A stretch of 64,000 bases of DNA from Patescibacteria group bacterium (lineage in GTDB: Bacteria > Patescibacteriota > CPR2 > UBA1875), in the NCBI GenBank assembly GCA_028694925.1, contig JAQVJW010000002.1, positions 9,797 to 73,796 on the forward strand, given 5' to 3'. Shown piece after piece: positions 18,855-27,572 of the stretch; within the stretch, counting starts at the first letter, position 1; every line of letters begins with the position of its first letter. The translations under genes were made by a program, and so were the position numbers. The notes under the pieces are model-generated. The model did no database searches and had not been told where the DNA came from. It saw only the letters and a program-made list of their open reading frames with translations.

Positions 18855-19574
18855 ATGGAAAAGATAACTCTAAAAGCAGAAATCCGTGACGCACGGAAGG
18901 AAAAGAATAATAGATTACGGGAAGAGGGTAAGCTCCCGGCCGTTATTTATGGTAAGGGTAAAGAGAGTAAGCCACTTACCATCTCAGCGCAGGAATTTGA
19001 AAAGGTCTACCGAGAAGCCGGTCAGTCGGCTCTTTTGGACCTAATACTTCCAGGTGGGACAAAGAAGGTTCTAATCCAAGATGTCAGCGAACACCCTGTT
19101 CGAGGGAACGCCGAACACATTGATTTCTATGAAGTCTCGATGACCGAAAAGATTACAACGGCCGTGCCACTTAAATTTGTGGGTGAATCAACTGCAGTTG
19201 TCGATCAGTCAGGAACCTTAATTACGAATAAGGATGAAGTTGAAGTTGAGTGTCTACCGGTTGACCTGCCACACGAGATTGAGGTAGACATCTCGGTTCT
19301 AACTGATTTTGAAAAGTCTATTCACGTTTCTGATATTAAGGTGCCAGAAGGAGTCACTATAAAAGATGAAATAGAGGAGACAATCGTCACAGTTGAGCCA
19401 CCTCGAAGTGAGGAAGAACTAGCAGAACTAGAAGAGCCACTCGAAGAAGCCGAAATGCCAGAAAGCGAACACGGTGAGGAAGGTGAAGAGGCTGAAGGTG
19501 AAGCCAAAGAAGGTGAAGAAGGCGCAGCTGAGCCTTCAGAAGCTGAGGGCAAAGAAGAGAAGAAGGAAGAATAA
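18855..19574 (+). CDS. rplY: 50S ribosomal protein bL25 (Ctc long form)
   Basis: LREEGKLPAVIYG, HIDFY and LPHEIEVDIS, with an acidic tail. Confidence 0.96.
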   Translation: MEKITLKAEIRDARKEKNNRLREEGKLPAVIYGKGKESKPLTISAQEFEKVYREAGQSALLDLILPGGTKKVLIQDVSEHPVRGNAEHIDFYEVSMTEKITTAVPLKFVGESTAVVDQSGTLITNKDEVEVECLPVDLPHEIEVDISVLTDFEKSIHVSDIKVPEGVTIKDEIEETIVTVEPPRSEEELAELEEPLEEAEMPESEHGEEGEEAEGEAKEGEEGAAEPSEAEGKEEKKEE

Positions 19575-19599
19575 AAGAGGACCTACTGGGTCTTCTTTT
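19573..19599 (+). terminator. Intrinsic terminator after rplY
   Basis: AAAAGAGGACC...GGTCTTCTTTT. Confidence 0.6.
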
Positions 19600-19625
19600 A
19601 TATTGGTTAGTGTGCGGTGCGGCTT

Positions 19626-19704
19626 GCCAAATGGAACGCAAATCAAATAAACCGTTTGTATCGGTCTATTTCTATTAATGATGCAAAAACACTAGCCTGC
19701 TAAG
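19626..19704. repeat. Dispersed intergenic repeat, copy B
   Basis: Aligns with 7059..7135. Confidence 0.8.
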
Positions 19705-19740
19705 CACTTTTTATGTTAATATACTCACGAGAATTCAATC

Positions 19741-19772
19741 GGAGGGTCGCACCAGTAATGGTGTGACCCTCC
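19741..19772 (+). promoter_or_regulatory. 5' leader RNA hairpin
   Basis: GGAGGGTCGCACCA-GTAA-TGGTGTGACCCTCC is a 14-bp stem with one G-U pair and a GNRA loop. Confidence 0.7.
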
Positions 19773-19795
19773 TCGAATTAGTACAGGAGGATGCT

Positions 19796-20128
19796 ATGTC
19801 TACTTCTGCGAGTACAATCAGTGGGGCGTTGAACCTTCTGAATCTCAATTTGAGGTTTAGAGATGCCATCAAGCCATTGTCTCAGCACGAACTATCACGG
19901 TATCACCGCAGGGCTGTTGCCCAGCGTCTCGACAATCTTCAGGACGTCGTCCGCGAATGTTCCAAAGAAGACGTTTTGACCACAGTCATCATTCCAACGG
20001 AAGACGAGATTTGGGACTCGTTCTGGGTCAAACTGATTCGTCGGGCTATCTATCTTCTGGCGCAGTTGTTGCGTTGGAGAATGGCTCTCTCGAAGCAGTC
20101 GGGCATTGAGTGGCGAATTCCGAGTTAG
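19796..20128 (+). CDS. Orphan hypothetical protein (GC-rich cassette gene 1)
   Basis: AGGAGG SD lies 5 nt before the ATG. 110 aa, no recognised motif. Confidence 0.6.
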   Translation: MSTSASTISGALNLLNLNLRFRDAIKPLSQHELSRYHRRAVAQRLDNLQDVVRECSKEDVLTTVIIPTEDEIWDSFWVKLIRRAIYLLAQLLRWRMALSKQSGIEWRIPS

Positions 20129-20158
20129 TGCGTCGCGACTACATCCAGGAGGTGCGTT

Positions 20159-20527
20159 ATGTCGGGCCCATTTGGACCTTGGTTCGAAGACAGGCCAAAG
20201 GAAGGCTGGGATGGAGTTACTGTCCATGTGTCCGAAGGCAGAATACCTCAGGTGATCGAAGCTATTGAGCGTATTGAGAGCCGTCGGGACATCCAATCCC
20301 ATCTTCGGATCGTTCACGCACTGCGAGGTGAAGAGCTTGTTGTCAGCGTAGTTGCAGGCGACCTCGCTCGGTTCTACTCTCGCGTCATCATTCCTCTGGG
20401 AACTATCGTCCCCGGTTCGATGCCGCACATGATTACGGCTCAGGTGAAATTCGAGTCGAATTCACCTTCGAGCCGTAATCACAACGACCGCCAATCAACG
20501 GAAACTTATAATTGTGAGGACCGCTGA
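20159..20527 (+). CDS. Orphan hypothetical protein (GC-rich cassette gene 2)
   Basis: AGGAGGT SD. 122 aa with an alpha/beta pattern. Confidence 0.6.
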   Translation: MSGPFGPWFEDRPKEGWDGVTVHVSEGRIPQVIEAIERIESRRDIQSHLRIVHALRGEELVVSVVAGDLARFYSRVIIPLGTIVPGSMPHMITAQVKFESNSPSSRNHNDRQSTETYNCEDR

Positions 20528-20541
20528 AAGGCGGTCTTCAC
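20514..20541 (+). terminator. 3' hairpin/terminator of the GC-rich cassette
   Basis: GTGAGGACCGCT-GAAA-GGCGGTCTTCAC followed by TTTAT. Confidence 0.7.
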
Positions 20542-20595
20542 TTTATGAAGTTCATGCATTTCTCGCTTCGTTGAATAAGATGTACAACACCCGCC

Positions 20596-20620
20596 GAGTA
20601 TTGCGACAAAATGTCGCAAT
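20596..20620. promoter_or_regulatory. Palindromic operator-like site shared with fic promoter at 39.3 kb
   Basis: GAGTATTGCGACA-AAA-TGTCGCAAT. Confidence 0.6.
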
Positions 20621-20657
20621 TTGCCCAGACTGGTAGTTGAGTATAGTGTCTTTTTAC

Positions 20658-20712
20658 TTGACAAGGGTAGCTCTATTTGCTAAAATACTTCTAAAGAGTG
20701 TTATAAATAACA
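20658..20712 (+). promoter_or_regulatory. abiE promoter and putative autoregulatory palindrome
   Basis: TTGACA-17-TAAAAT, then TGTTAT-AA-ATAACA. Confidence 0.7.
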
Positions 20713-20726
20713 TTTATTGAAAGTAT

Positions 20727-21356
20727 ATGAAGTATCTAAACCTTAAAGAAGAGCTCAGTGATTTCATCATCTTTTCACTTTTGGATATCAAAAAAATCGA
20801 ACCAAATTTTGACCGCAGACGTTTAAGCGAGTGGCAAGATAAGGGATATATTCAAAAGGTGCGAAGGGGTTATTATATTTTTTCAGATCTTGAAATAACC
20901 GACGAAGTTTTGTTTCTAATCGCTAATCGGCTATATGTTCCATCATATATTTCATTAGAGATGGCACTAAACTATTATGGACTAATTCCTGAGGGGGTCT
21001 ACAGCCTTACCTCTGTTACAACCAAGCTGCCTAAGGATTTTAAAGCTCCAATTGCAAACTTTAGTTATCGACAGGTTAAACCAGAATTATTCTTTGGGTA
21101 TCGCCTAGAAAAAGTTGGCAATCAAAATTACAAAATTGCAGAAATAGAAAAGGTGGTTCTAGATTACCTTTATCTCAATCCAGAGATGGATAATGAGGCT
21201 AATTTTTCAGAATGGCGTTTTAATTTTGATACCTTTCGGGAAAAGGCAGATATGGAGAGGTTTGCTACATATCTAAGTAATTTTAATAGTCCCAGCTTAA
21301 ATACTCGGGTTAGGAAGTTTATAAAACATATGGAGAAACATAATGTTAACAATTAG
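20727..21356 (+). CDS. AbiEi-like type IV antitoxin / transcriptional regulator
   Basis: KVRRGYY, PSYISLEMALNYYGLIPE, TSVTT and EK..LDYLY. Confidence 0.88.
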   Translation: MKYLNLKEELSDFIIFSLLDIKKIEPNFDRRRLSEWQDKGYIQKVRRGYYIFSDLEITDEVLFLIANRLYVPSYISLEMALNYYGLIPEGVYSLTSVTTKLPKDFKAPIANFSYRQVKPELFFGYRLEKVGNQNYKIAEIEKVVLDYLYLNPEMDNEANFSEWRFNFDTFREKADMERFATYLSNFNSPSLNTRVRKFIKHMEKHNVNN

Positions 21357-22122
21357 TCAGATAGAGGAACAATACCCCGAAAATCTAAGGCCTTTTAAGA
21401 GAGGTATTTTACGGGAGTATTTACAGTACAAGATATTAGAAATTATTTTTAACTCAAAATATGCTGGCAAGCTTTCATTTCTTGGTGGTACGGCACTCCG
21501 TATTGTATACGGTAACACCCGTTTTTCTGAAGATTTAGATTTTGACAACTTTGGACTTTCAGAAGAAGAGTTTAGCGAAATTGCTACAATAATCAAAAAG
21601 GGTCTTTCAGCTCAAGGTCTTATGGTTGAAATGAACACGATTTCTAAGGGCGCCTTCCGGTGCAATATTCGTCTTCCCGGGGTTTTCTTTGAAAACGAAC
21701 TTTCTGGACATCCGGAAGAAAAGATTTTGATTCACATAGACACCGTGTCTCATAAATTTGACTATAGACCAGATAAAAAGATTCTAAACAAATTTGATGT
21801 CTTTTCGGAAATATTTGTAACACCTCTTGATATTATTCTCTCTCAAAAGTTTTATGCAACCGTAAATCGAAAAAGAGCGAAAGGTAGAGACTTTTTTGAT
21901 ATTATGTTTTTGCAATCACGAACTAAGCCTAATTATGACTATCTAAAAGAGAAAATAGGGATAACAAACAGCAAAGAATTAAAGGCCTTGCTAGCAGTTG
22001 AATTTAAAGATTTAAATTTCAAAGAATTGGGCCGAGATGTTCAGCCCTTTTTGTTTAATCCAACCGACGCCAAGAGGGTTGAAAAGTTTAAAGAATTTAT
22101 CGAAGAAGCCGATTTGGGTTAA
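21343..22122 (+). CDS. AbiEii/AbiGii nucleotidyltransferase toxin
   Basis: FLGGTALR...RFSEDLDF and KGRDFFD. Overlaps the antitoxin gene. Confidence 0.92.
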   Translation: MLTISQIEEQYPENLRPFKRGILREYLQYKILEIIFNSKYAGKLSFLGGTALRIVYGNTRFSEDLDFDNFGLSEEEFSEIATIIKKGLSAQGLMVEMNTISKGAFRCNIRLPGVFFENELSGHPEEKILIHIDTVSHKFDYRPDKKILNKFDVFSEIFVTPLDIILSQKFYATVNRKRAKGRDFFDIMFLQSRTKPNYDYLKEKIGITNSKELKALLAVEFKDLNFKELGRDVQPFLFNPTDAKRVEKFKEFIEEADLG

Positions 22123-22204
22123 GGGGTTCCATCGCCCGTGTACATATCAATATGACGTTTAGAGAGATAATAAATATAAATGTTAAAAAGAAAAGGGTAA
22201 AAAG

Positions 22205-22618
22205 ATGAAAGCAAAATTGACAAAACAACAGATAGACGAACTATGGGGTCAAGATGGCCCTTATTCTGAGGTTAGGTTAGTGATTGAAAAAAGAATCTTA
22301 GACGATCAAATTAGTCGAGAATTTTTGGTAGTAGAAACTAATATCAATCCTTTTACTTTTAAGTTTATTAAAAAGAATCGTAAACTCTTTAAAGATAGCG
22401 AGATGATTCAACAACTACTTAACAACTCAGAGTATCGGGGTCCAGCTTTTGGCTACGTTAGCAATGCTTTTTGTGGTCATTATACAGGGGAAGATGTCAT
22501 GGAAAAGGCAGAAAAGGCAGCCGCTAGGTCATCCAAGCTAATAATCGAATTACATAAGTTTGTGATGGATTCGCTTGGTATAGATAAGAAAGATATTTAC
22601 CGAAAATATATGAGCTGA
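22205..22618 (+). CDS. Hypothetical protein
   Basis: 137-aa ORF with no recognised motif. Confidence 0.65.
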   Translation: MKAKLTKQQIDELWGQDGPYSEVRLVIEKRILDDQISREFLVVETNINPFTFKFIKKNRKLFKDSEMIQQLLNNSEYRGPAFGYVSNAFCGHYTGEDVMEKAEKAAARSSKLIIELHKFVMDSLGIDKKDIYRKYMS

Positions 22619-22683
22619 TTAAAATGATCTTATTTCCCCCAATGAACTAGTGACTCCTTCCCTGTTCTTGCTATAATAATCAT

Positions 22684-23745
22684 ATGCAAAAGATAAAAAA
22701 TTTCTTTCTCAGGGTCGGACACTTCATAAAAAAGCACAAATGGTCGATACTACTGATTGGTGCGGCACTTCTGGTGGGGGGCTTTTTTGTTTGGGATAGC
22801 TACTCGGCTCAAAATGGTTCATTGTTGTCTTTGGTTGTAGATGAAGAAAAGGAACCAGAGCTTCTCGCGGCCCCACTTTCTGGGATTATGGTTGGGGAAA
22901 GTGTGGTCGAAAGAAGGCCAATTGCAATAGTGGTTGAAAATCATCCTGATGCCCGGCCCCAATCAGGACTCCTTATGGCCGATATGGTCTTTGAGACGTT
23001 AGCCGAGGGTGGAATCACAAGGTTTTTAGCGATCTATCATTCACAAACTCCTAAAGAAGTTGGGCCAGTACGCTCGGCCCGGCCATATTTTGTTGAGTGG
23101 GCTGACTCTTTTGATGCGCTTTATGCTCATGTCGGGGGAAGCGATGAAGGACTTGCCCTTATAAATCGCCTCTCGGTTGCCGATATTAATCAATTTGCCT
23201 TTGGAAACTTCTTTTGGCGCGATAACACGCGCTATGCTCCCCATAATGTCTATACTACACTCGATAAAATATATTCTGCCGCAAAGACAAGAAATTATGC
23301 TCTAACGCAGGATAATTTAAAGCCATATTCCTTTAAAGAAGAAGCAAAAGAAGAAGAGCGACCCGAGGCCCAGAAGTTTACAGTTAATTTTAACTATAGC
23401 TTTGCACCCACCTATACCTATAGTAAGGATTGTAACTGTTACCTTCGTTCAATCTTGGGTCAAAAGCACCTAGATTCTTCCGGCAAACAACTCTCGGCCA
23501 AGAATGTAATCGTGGCTTTTTCTGATATGGGGCAACAAATCGTGAGGGGTACTGGCTACACCGTGATCGATACTGATGATTCGGGTACGGCCTACTTTTA
23601 TATTGATGGCATAAAACAGGTCGGTAAGTGGAGCCGAGCGGTGGGAGAGCAAATAAAGTTTTATGATGCTGAGGGTCAGGCTGTTGCGCTAAACCCTGGT
23701 ACTACCTGGATAGATGTCGTCCCTGAGGGTACTTCGGTTAAATGA
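22684..23745 (+). CDS. DUF3048 (YerB-like) membrane-anchored protein
   Basis: ENHPDARPQSGL, EGGITRF, GPVRSARPY and APHNVY. Confidence 0.92.
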   Translation: MQKIKNFFLRVGHFIKKHKWSILLIGAALLVGGFFVWDSYSAQNGSLLSLVVDEEKEPELLAAPLSGIMVGESVVERRPIAIVVENHPDARPQSGLLMADMVFETLAEGGITRFLAIYHSQTPKEVGPVRSARPYFVEWADSFDALYAHVGGSDEGLALINRLSVADINQFAFGNFFWRDNTRYAPHNVYTTLDKIYSAAKTRNYALTQDNLKPYSFKEEAKEEERPEAQKFTVNFNYSFAPTYTYSKDCNCYLRSILGQKHLDSSGKQLSAKNVIVAFSDMGQQIVRGTGYTVIDTDDSGTAYFYIDGIKQVGKWSRAVGEQIKFYDAEGQAVALNPGTTWIDVVPEGTSVK

Positions 23746-25160
23746 AGAAATATACTCTAAAAGAAGTTGAGAAGAAGTTTGACATCCCCTTAAGAAAAAC
23801 CCTTTTTCTTATAAAAAAAGGGGTGATTAATGCTGTTGTCGAGGGGTCAAGAATATTTGTATCAGACGAGGAGATCGAAAAGTATCTAAAGCTAGATAAA
23901 AAAACAAAAGGAAAACACCATAAATCATATCTTGCAAGCCTGGGTCCTGGACTCATTACGGGAGCAGCTGATGATGACCCCTCGGGCACCATTGCCTATA
24001 CCCAGGTTGGGGCACAGTTTGGTTTAGGTCTTTCTTGGATGGCGCTTTATCTTACGCCGATGATGATTGCGGTTCAAGAGACAAGTGCTAGGATTGGGAT
24101 TGTAACTGGAAAAGGGCTTTCTGGGGTTATTAAAAAGTACTATAGCAAGAGACTTTTGGTCTTTTTGATAACCCTGCTTGTTATCGCAAACACCGTGAAT
24201 ATTGGGGCCGATATTGGGGCGATGGCGGCTGCACTTGAGCTTGTCACACCGATAAACTATTTTGCTGGGGCGATCCTTGTAACGGCTGCGATGATTGCAC
24301 TTCAACTGAAGTTCTCTTATCAAAGATATGCTCAAATTCTTAAGTTTCTGACCCTCTCTTTGTTTGCCTATGTTATTACCGGTTTTATCGTAAGGCCAGA
24401 TTTCACGGAAGTCTTAAGGAGTCTTGTAATTCCTAAGATCTCCTTTAGCCCGGGGTATTTGGCGGCTCTAGTGGCAGTAGCTGGGACGACGATATCGCCC
24501 TATCTATTCTTTTGGCAGGCCTCAGAAGAAGTAGAGGAATGTAGGGATAAAAAGATTTCTGCTAAGGCTCACCCAATTATTATCGGGAGGGAGATCAAAG
24601 AGATGCGGAAGGATACTACCTTTGGCATGATTGTCGCTAACATTGTCTTCCTTTTTATCATTATTACCGCGGCCGCCGTCCTCCATACTAGTGGAGTCAC
24701 TACAATCGAGACGGCCCAAGATGCGGCCTTGGCCCTTCGTCCCCTTGCCGGTGAGGCTGCTTACTATCTATTTACCATCGGTATCTTAGGGGTTGGTCTT
24801 CTAGCTGTTCCTGTACTGGCTGGTTCTTCGGCCTATGCCATCTCAGAGTTAGCTGGCTTTAAAGAAGGTTTCTCTAGGAAATATATCGAAGCCCGAGGTT
24901 TCTATATCATTATTATTATCTCAATGCTTGTCGGCTTTCTCTTAAACTTTGTTGGTATTAACCCAATGCGGGCCCTCTATTATACCGCTATCTTAAATGG
25001 CCTTATCTCCCCAATCATTATGTACTTTATCTTTAGGATCGGACGAAATGAAAAAATCATGGGCAAATTCGTAAGCCCTAAATGGGTCAACCTCTGGGGT
25101 GGAATCGCTACTATTCTGATGGGTGGAGCCGCTATTTTCCTTGTTCTTTCTTTCATCTGA
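23742..25160 (+). CDS. NRAMP-family divalent metal transporter (NrmT-like motifs) with N-terminal HTH
   Basis: GPGLITGAADDDPSG and GTTISPYLFFWQ. The first ~50 aa resemble an excisionase/MerR-type HTH. Confidence 0.88.
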   Translation: MKKYTLKEVEKKFDIPLRKTLFLIKKGVINAVVEGSRIFVSDEEIEKYLKLDKKTKGKHHKSYLASLGPGLITGAADDDPSGTIAYTQVGAQFGLGLSWMALYLTPMMIAVQETSARIGIVTGKGLSGVIKKYYSKRLLVFLITLLVIANTVNIGADIGAMAAALELVTPINYFAGAILVTAAMIALQLKFSYQRYAQILKFLTLSLFAYVITGFIVRPDFTEVLRSLVIPKISFSPGYLAALVAVAGTTISPYLFFWQASEEVEECRDKKISAKAHPIIIGREIKEMRKDTTFGMIVANIVFLFIIITAAAVLHTSGVTTIETAQDAALALRPLAGEAAYYLFTIGILGVGLLAVPVLAGSSAYAISELAGFKEGFSRKYIEARGFYIIIIISMLVGFLLNFVGINPMRALYYTAILNGLISPIIMYFIFRIGRNEKIMGKFVSPKWVNLWGGIATILMGGAAIFLVLSFI

Positions 25161-25248
25161 GTACTAAATTTGTTTTTTCCTAGATTGTGCTAGACATTAT
25201 CACTACTTTGTGCTAGAATGTTCGCACTAAGTAAAGGTAGGAGATAAG

Positions 25249-25827
25249 ATGCTTGAACAACTCTTTGGATCAAGAACGAGGGTAAAGGTTTTGGCGCTCC
25301 TTTTAAATAATCCAACGCGCTCCTATTATGTTCGGGAAATAACCCGAAAGGTTGACGAGCAAATAAACTCGGTCCGCCGTGAACTTGCAAACCTAAAGGC
25401 CGTCGGTCTTGTAAGATCAAGGGCCAAAAAGGGAAAAGTTTACTACCAGGCAAATTCAAACTCTGATTTATTCCCTCATCTTAAGAAAATCTTTGGCAAA
25501 GTTGCTAAGGAAACGGTCTATGAGAACAAAATCGCTGAGAGTATTAAGACGGCCGGCACGATTCAGTATGCTTCACTTCATGGCTACTTCGTCGAGGACC
25601 CCTCTTCTCCAATCGACCTCTTTATCGTCGGCACAGTTGATAAAGCCAAGATGCGACCAGTAGTCCGTGAGCTCAGTAAAGAGGTTGGTCATGAGATCAA
25701 TTACACTGTTATGGACCCAGAAGAATTCACCGAAAGACGCTTAATTTTCGATAGGTTCTTAACAGAAGTCCTTTCTTCCTCTAAAATAGTAGTAGTAGAC
25801 TACTTAGGTCTTAAAAAGGAGGAATAA
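25249..25827 (+). CDS. Winged-HTH regulator with degenerate nucleotidyltransferase-like C-domain
   Basis: LFGSRTRVK.L, YYVREITR...INSVRREL and IDLFIVG. Confidence 0.8.
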   Translation: MLEQLFGSRTRVKVLALLLNNPTRSYYVREITRKVDEQINSVRRELANLKAVGLVRSRAKKGKVYYQANSNSDLFPHLKKIFGKVAKETVYENKIAESIKTAGTIQYASLHGYFVEDPSSPIDLFIVGTVDKAKMRPVVRELSKEVGHEINYTVMDPEEFTERRLIFDRFLTEVLSSSKIVVVDYLGLKKEE

Positions 25828-26843
25828 TGCCCAAAAACATCAACGTAAATATATCCGCCAGAAGTCTTCTTACGGCGCTACTCTTTATAGTTATCCTGTA
25901 TTTTGTCGTAACGCTTCGGGGGCTCATCTTACTCTTTGTCCTTGGATATATTCTAGCGATCGCCCTTACCCCTTTTGTCGGCTGGCTCAAGAAGATAAAG
26001 ATCCCTCGGTCTATTGGTTCGATAATTGCAATAATTCTATTCGTCTTGGTCTTTGGGATAATTATCGGCCTTATAATCCCCGTCCTTATTCATCAGCTAA
26101 ATGCTCTTTATGAAGCACGTTTTGAGATATTCGATAGTTTTGATTCTTTTATTGGAACTTTGCCAAGTACAGTTCAGGAAAGCGCTCATAACTATGTTAA
26201 TGACCTACCACAAAAGATTGGTGATTATGTTGTTGGTACCGATATCTTAAAGTCAGCCTTTGGGTTTTTGGCTGGTTTTGGTGGAATCATTCTCTTTCTT
26301 GTCATTACCGCCTATATCCTAATTGAAGGCAGTTCCCCAATTAACATTGTAAAAAAATACTGGCCTAAAAAGAGTCAGGCGACGGCTGTCGATGCCTTTA
26401 AGGCTTTTGAGATGAAGGTTAGTCAATGGGTCAGAAGCCAACTTATCTTATCGGTCGCAATTGGCCTTCTGACCTATATCGGCCTTTTAATCCTTGGCGT
26501 CCCGTATGCAGCCCTTCTTGCCGTTATTGCCGCTATTACCGAACTCATCCCTTACGTTGGTCCTTGGATTGGAGCCTTCTTCGGGGTTATTATTGCCTTT
26601 ACCGTTTCTCCTTTACTTGGGCTTTGGACCGGTCTTTTGTATCTTGGGATTCAACAGTTTGAGGGCGCCGTCCTTGTGCCAAGAGTGATGAAAAAGACGA
26701 TTGGCCTCTCTCCGGTCGCAACGTTATTTATCGTCACAGCTGGTGTCGCCGTCCTTGGGGTGTTGGGGGCGATAATCGCGATCCCAGTATCGGCCGGGAC
26801 CTTGGCGGCCCTTAACGTCGTTCTTAGGAGGCTCGATGGTTGA
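25827..26843 (+). CDS. AI-2E (PerM) family transporter
   Basis: ELIPYVGP, QQFEG..LVPRVM and GVLGAIIAIP. Confidence 0.92.
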   Translation: MPKNINVNISARSLLTALLFIVILYFVVTLRGLILLFVLGYILAIALTPFVGWLKKIKIPRSIGSIIAIILFVLVFGIIIGLIIPVLIHQLNALYEARFEIFDSFDSFIGTLPSTVQESAHNYVNDLPQKIGDYVVGTDILKSAFGFLAGFGGIILFLVITAYILIEGSSPINIVKKYWPKKSQATAVDAFKAFEMKVSQWVRSQLILSVAIGLLTYIGLLILGVPYAALLAVIAAITELIPYVGPWIGAFFGVIIAFTVSPLLGLWTGLLYLGIQQFEGAVLVPRVMKKTIGLSPVATLFIVTAGVAVLGVLGAIIAIPVSAGTLAALNVVLRRLDG

Positions 26844-27474
26844 GATAGTATATCTAGGACATTCTTGTTTTAAAATAACGGGGAAAGAAATATCAATCGT
26901 CGCCGACCCTTACAAGGAGTCGATGGTTGGTCTTAAGCTTCCTAAGGTAGAGGCTGATGTAGTAACTATCTCTCATGATCATCCCGACCACAACAACAAA
27001 GAAGGTCTTCGGGGAGAATACCTTTGTTTTGATACCCCAGGGGAGTATGAGATTAAAAAGGCTGAAATAGTAGGGATAGAAAGTTATCATGACAGTGTAA
27101 ACGGAGAAGAGAGAGGAAAGAATACAATCTTTGTCTATGAGATCGACGGCATTCACATCTGCCATTTGGGTGACTTGGGCCAAGCTCTAACGAGTGAGCA
27201 ACTCGAGAAAATAAATGGGGTAGATATTCTTCTTGTACCAGTTGGTGGTAAATATACTATCGGGCCGAAGGAGGCCGCAAAAGCAATCTCGGCTACTAGC
27301 CCTAAGATTGTAATACCGATGCACTACAGGGTCGGGAAGATGACGGACCTTGAGCCCCTTGAGGGTTTTATAAAAGAAATTGGGAAAGAGCCAAAGAAGG
27401 TCGATACCTTAAAAATTGCAAAGAAAGACCTAACCGAGGAGCTTGAGATCTATACCTTAAAGAGTAAGGGGTAG
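26836..27474 (+). CDS. MBL-fold metallo-hydrolase
   Basis: LGHSCF, SHDHPDH, HLGD and IPMHY. Confidence 0.92.
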   Translation: MVEIVYLGHSCFKITGKEISIVADPYKESMVGLKLPKVEADVVTISHDHPDHNNKEGLRGEYLCFDTPGEYEIKKAEIVGIESYHDSVNGEERGKNTIFVYEIDGIHICHLGDLGQALTSEQLEKINGVDILLVPVGGKYTIGPKEAAKAISATSPKIVIPMHYRVGKMTDLEPLEGFIKEIGKEPKKVDTLKIAKKDLTEELEIYTLKSKG

Positions 27475-27498
27475 AAAAGAGAATATACGGAGGGGAAG

Positions 27499-27525
27499 AA
27501 ATAGCACCAATAAAGGTGCTATTTT
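27499..27525 (+). terminator. Intrinsic terminator
   Basis: AAATAGCACC-AATAAA-GGTGCTATTTT. Confidence 0.65.
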
Positions 27526-27572
27526 AGATTTGTTTTTGTTTGCATAAGCACGCAAAAAAATGTAAAATTGAA

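Noticed and set aside
19895-20428. 177-aa minus-strand ORF
   Set aside because: It is antisense to two SD-led ORFs bounded by a promoter and terminator, so it is likely a shadow ORF in GC-rich DNA.
22123-22145. Minus-strand GGCGATGG resembling a fluoride riboswitch start
   Set aside because: The rest of the consensus and a suitable downstream gene are absent.
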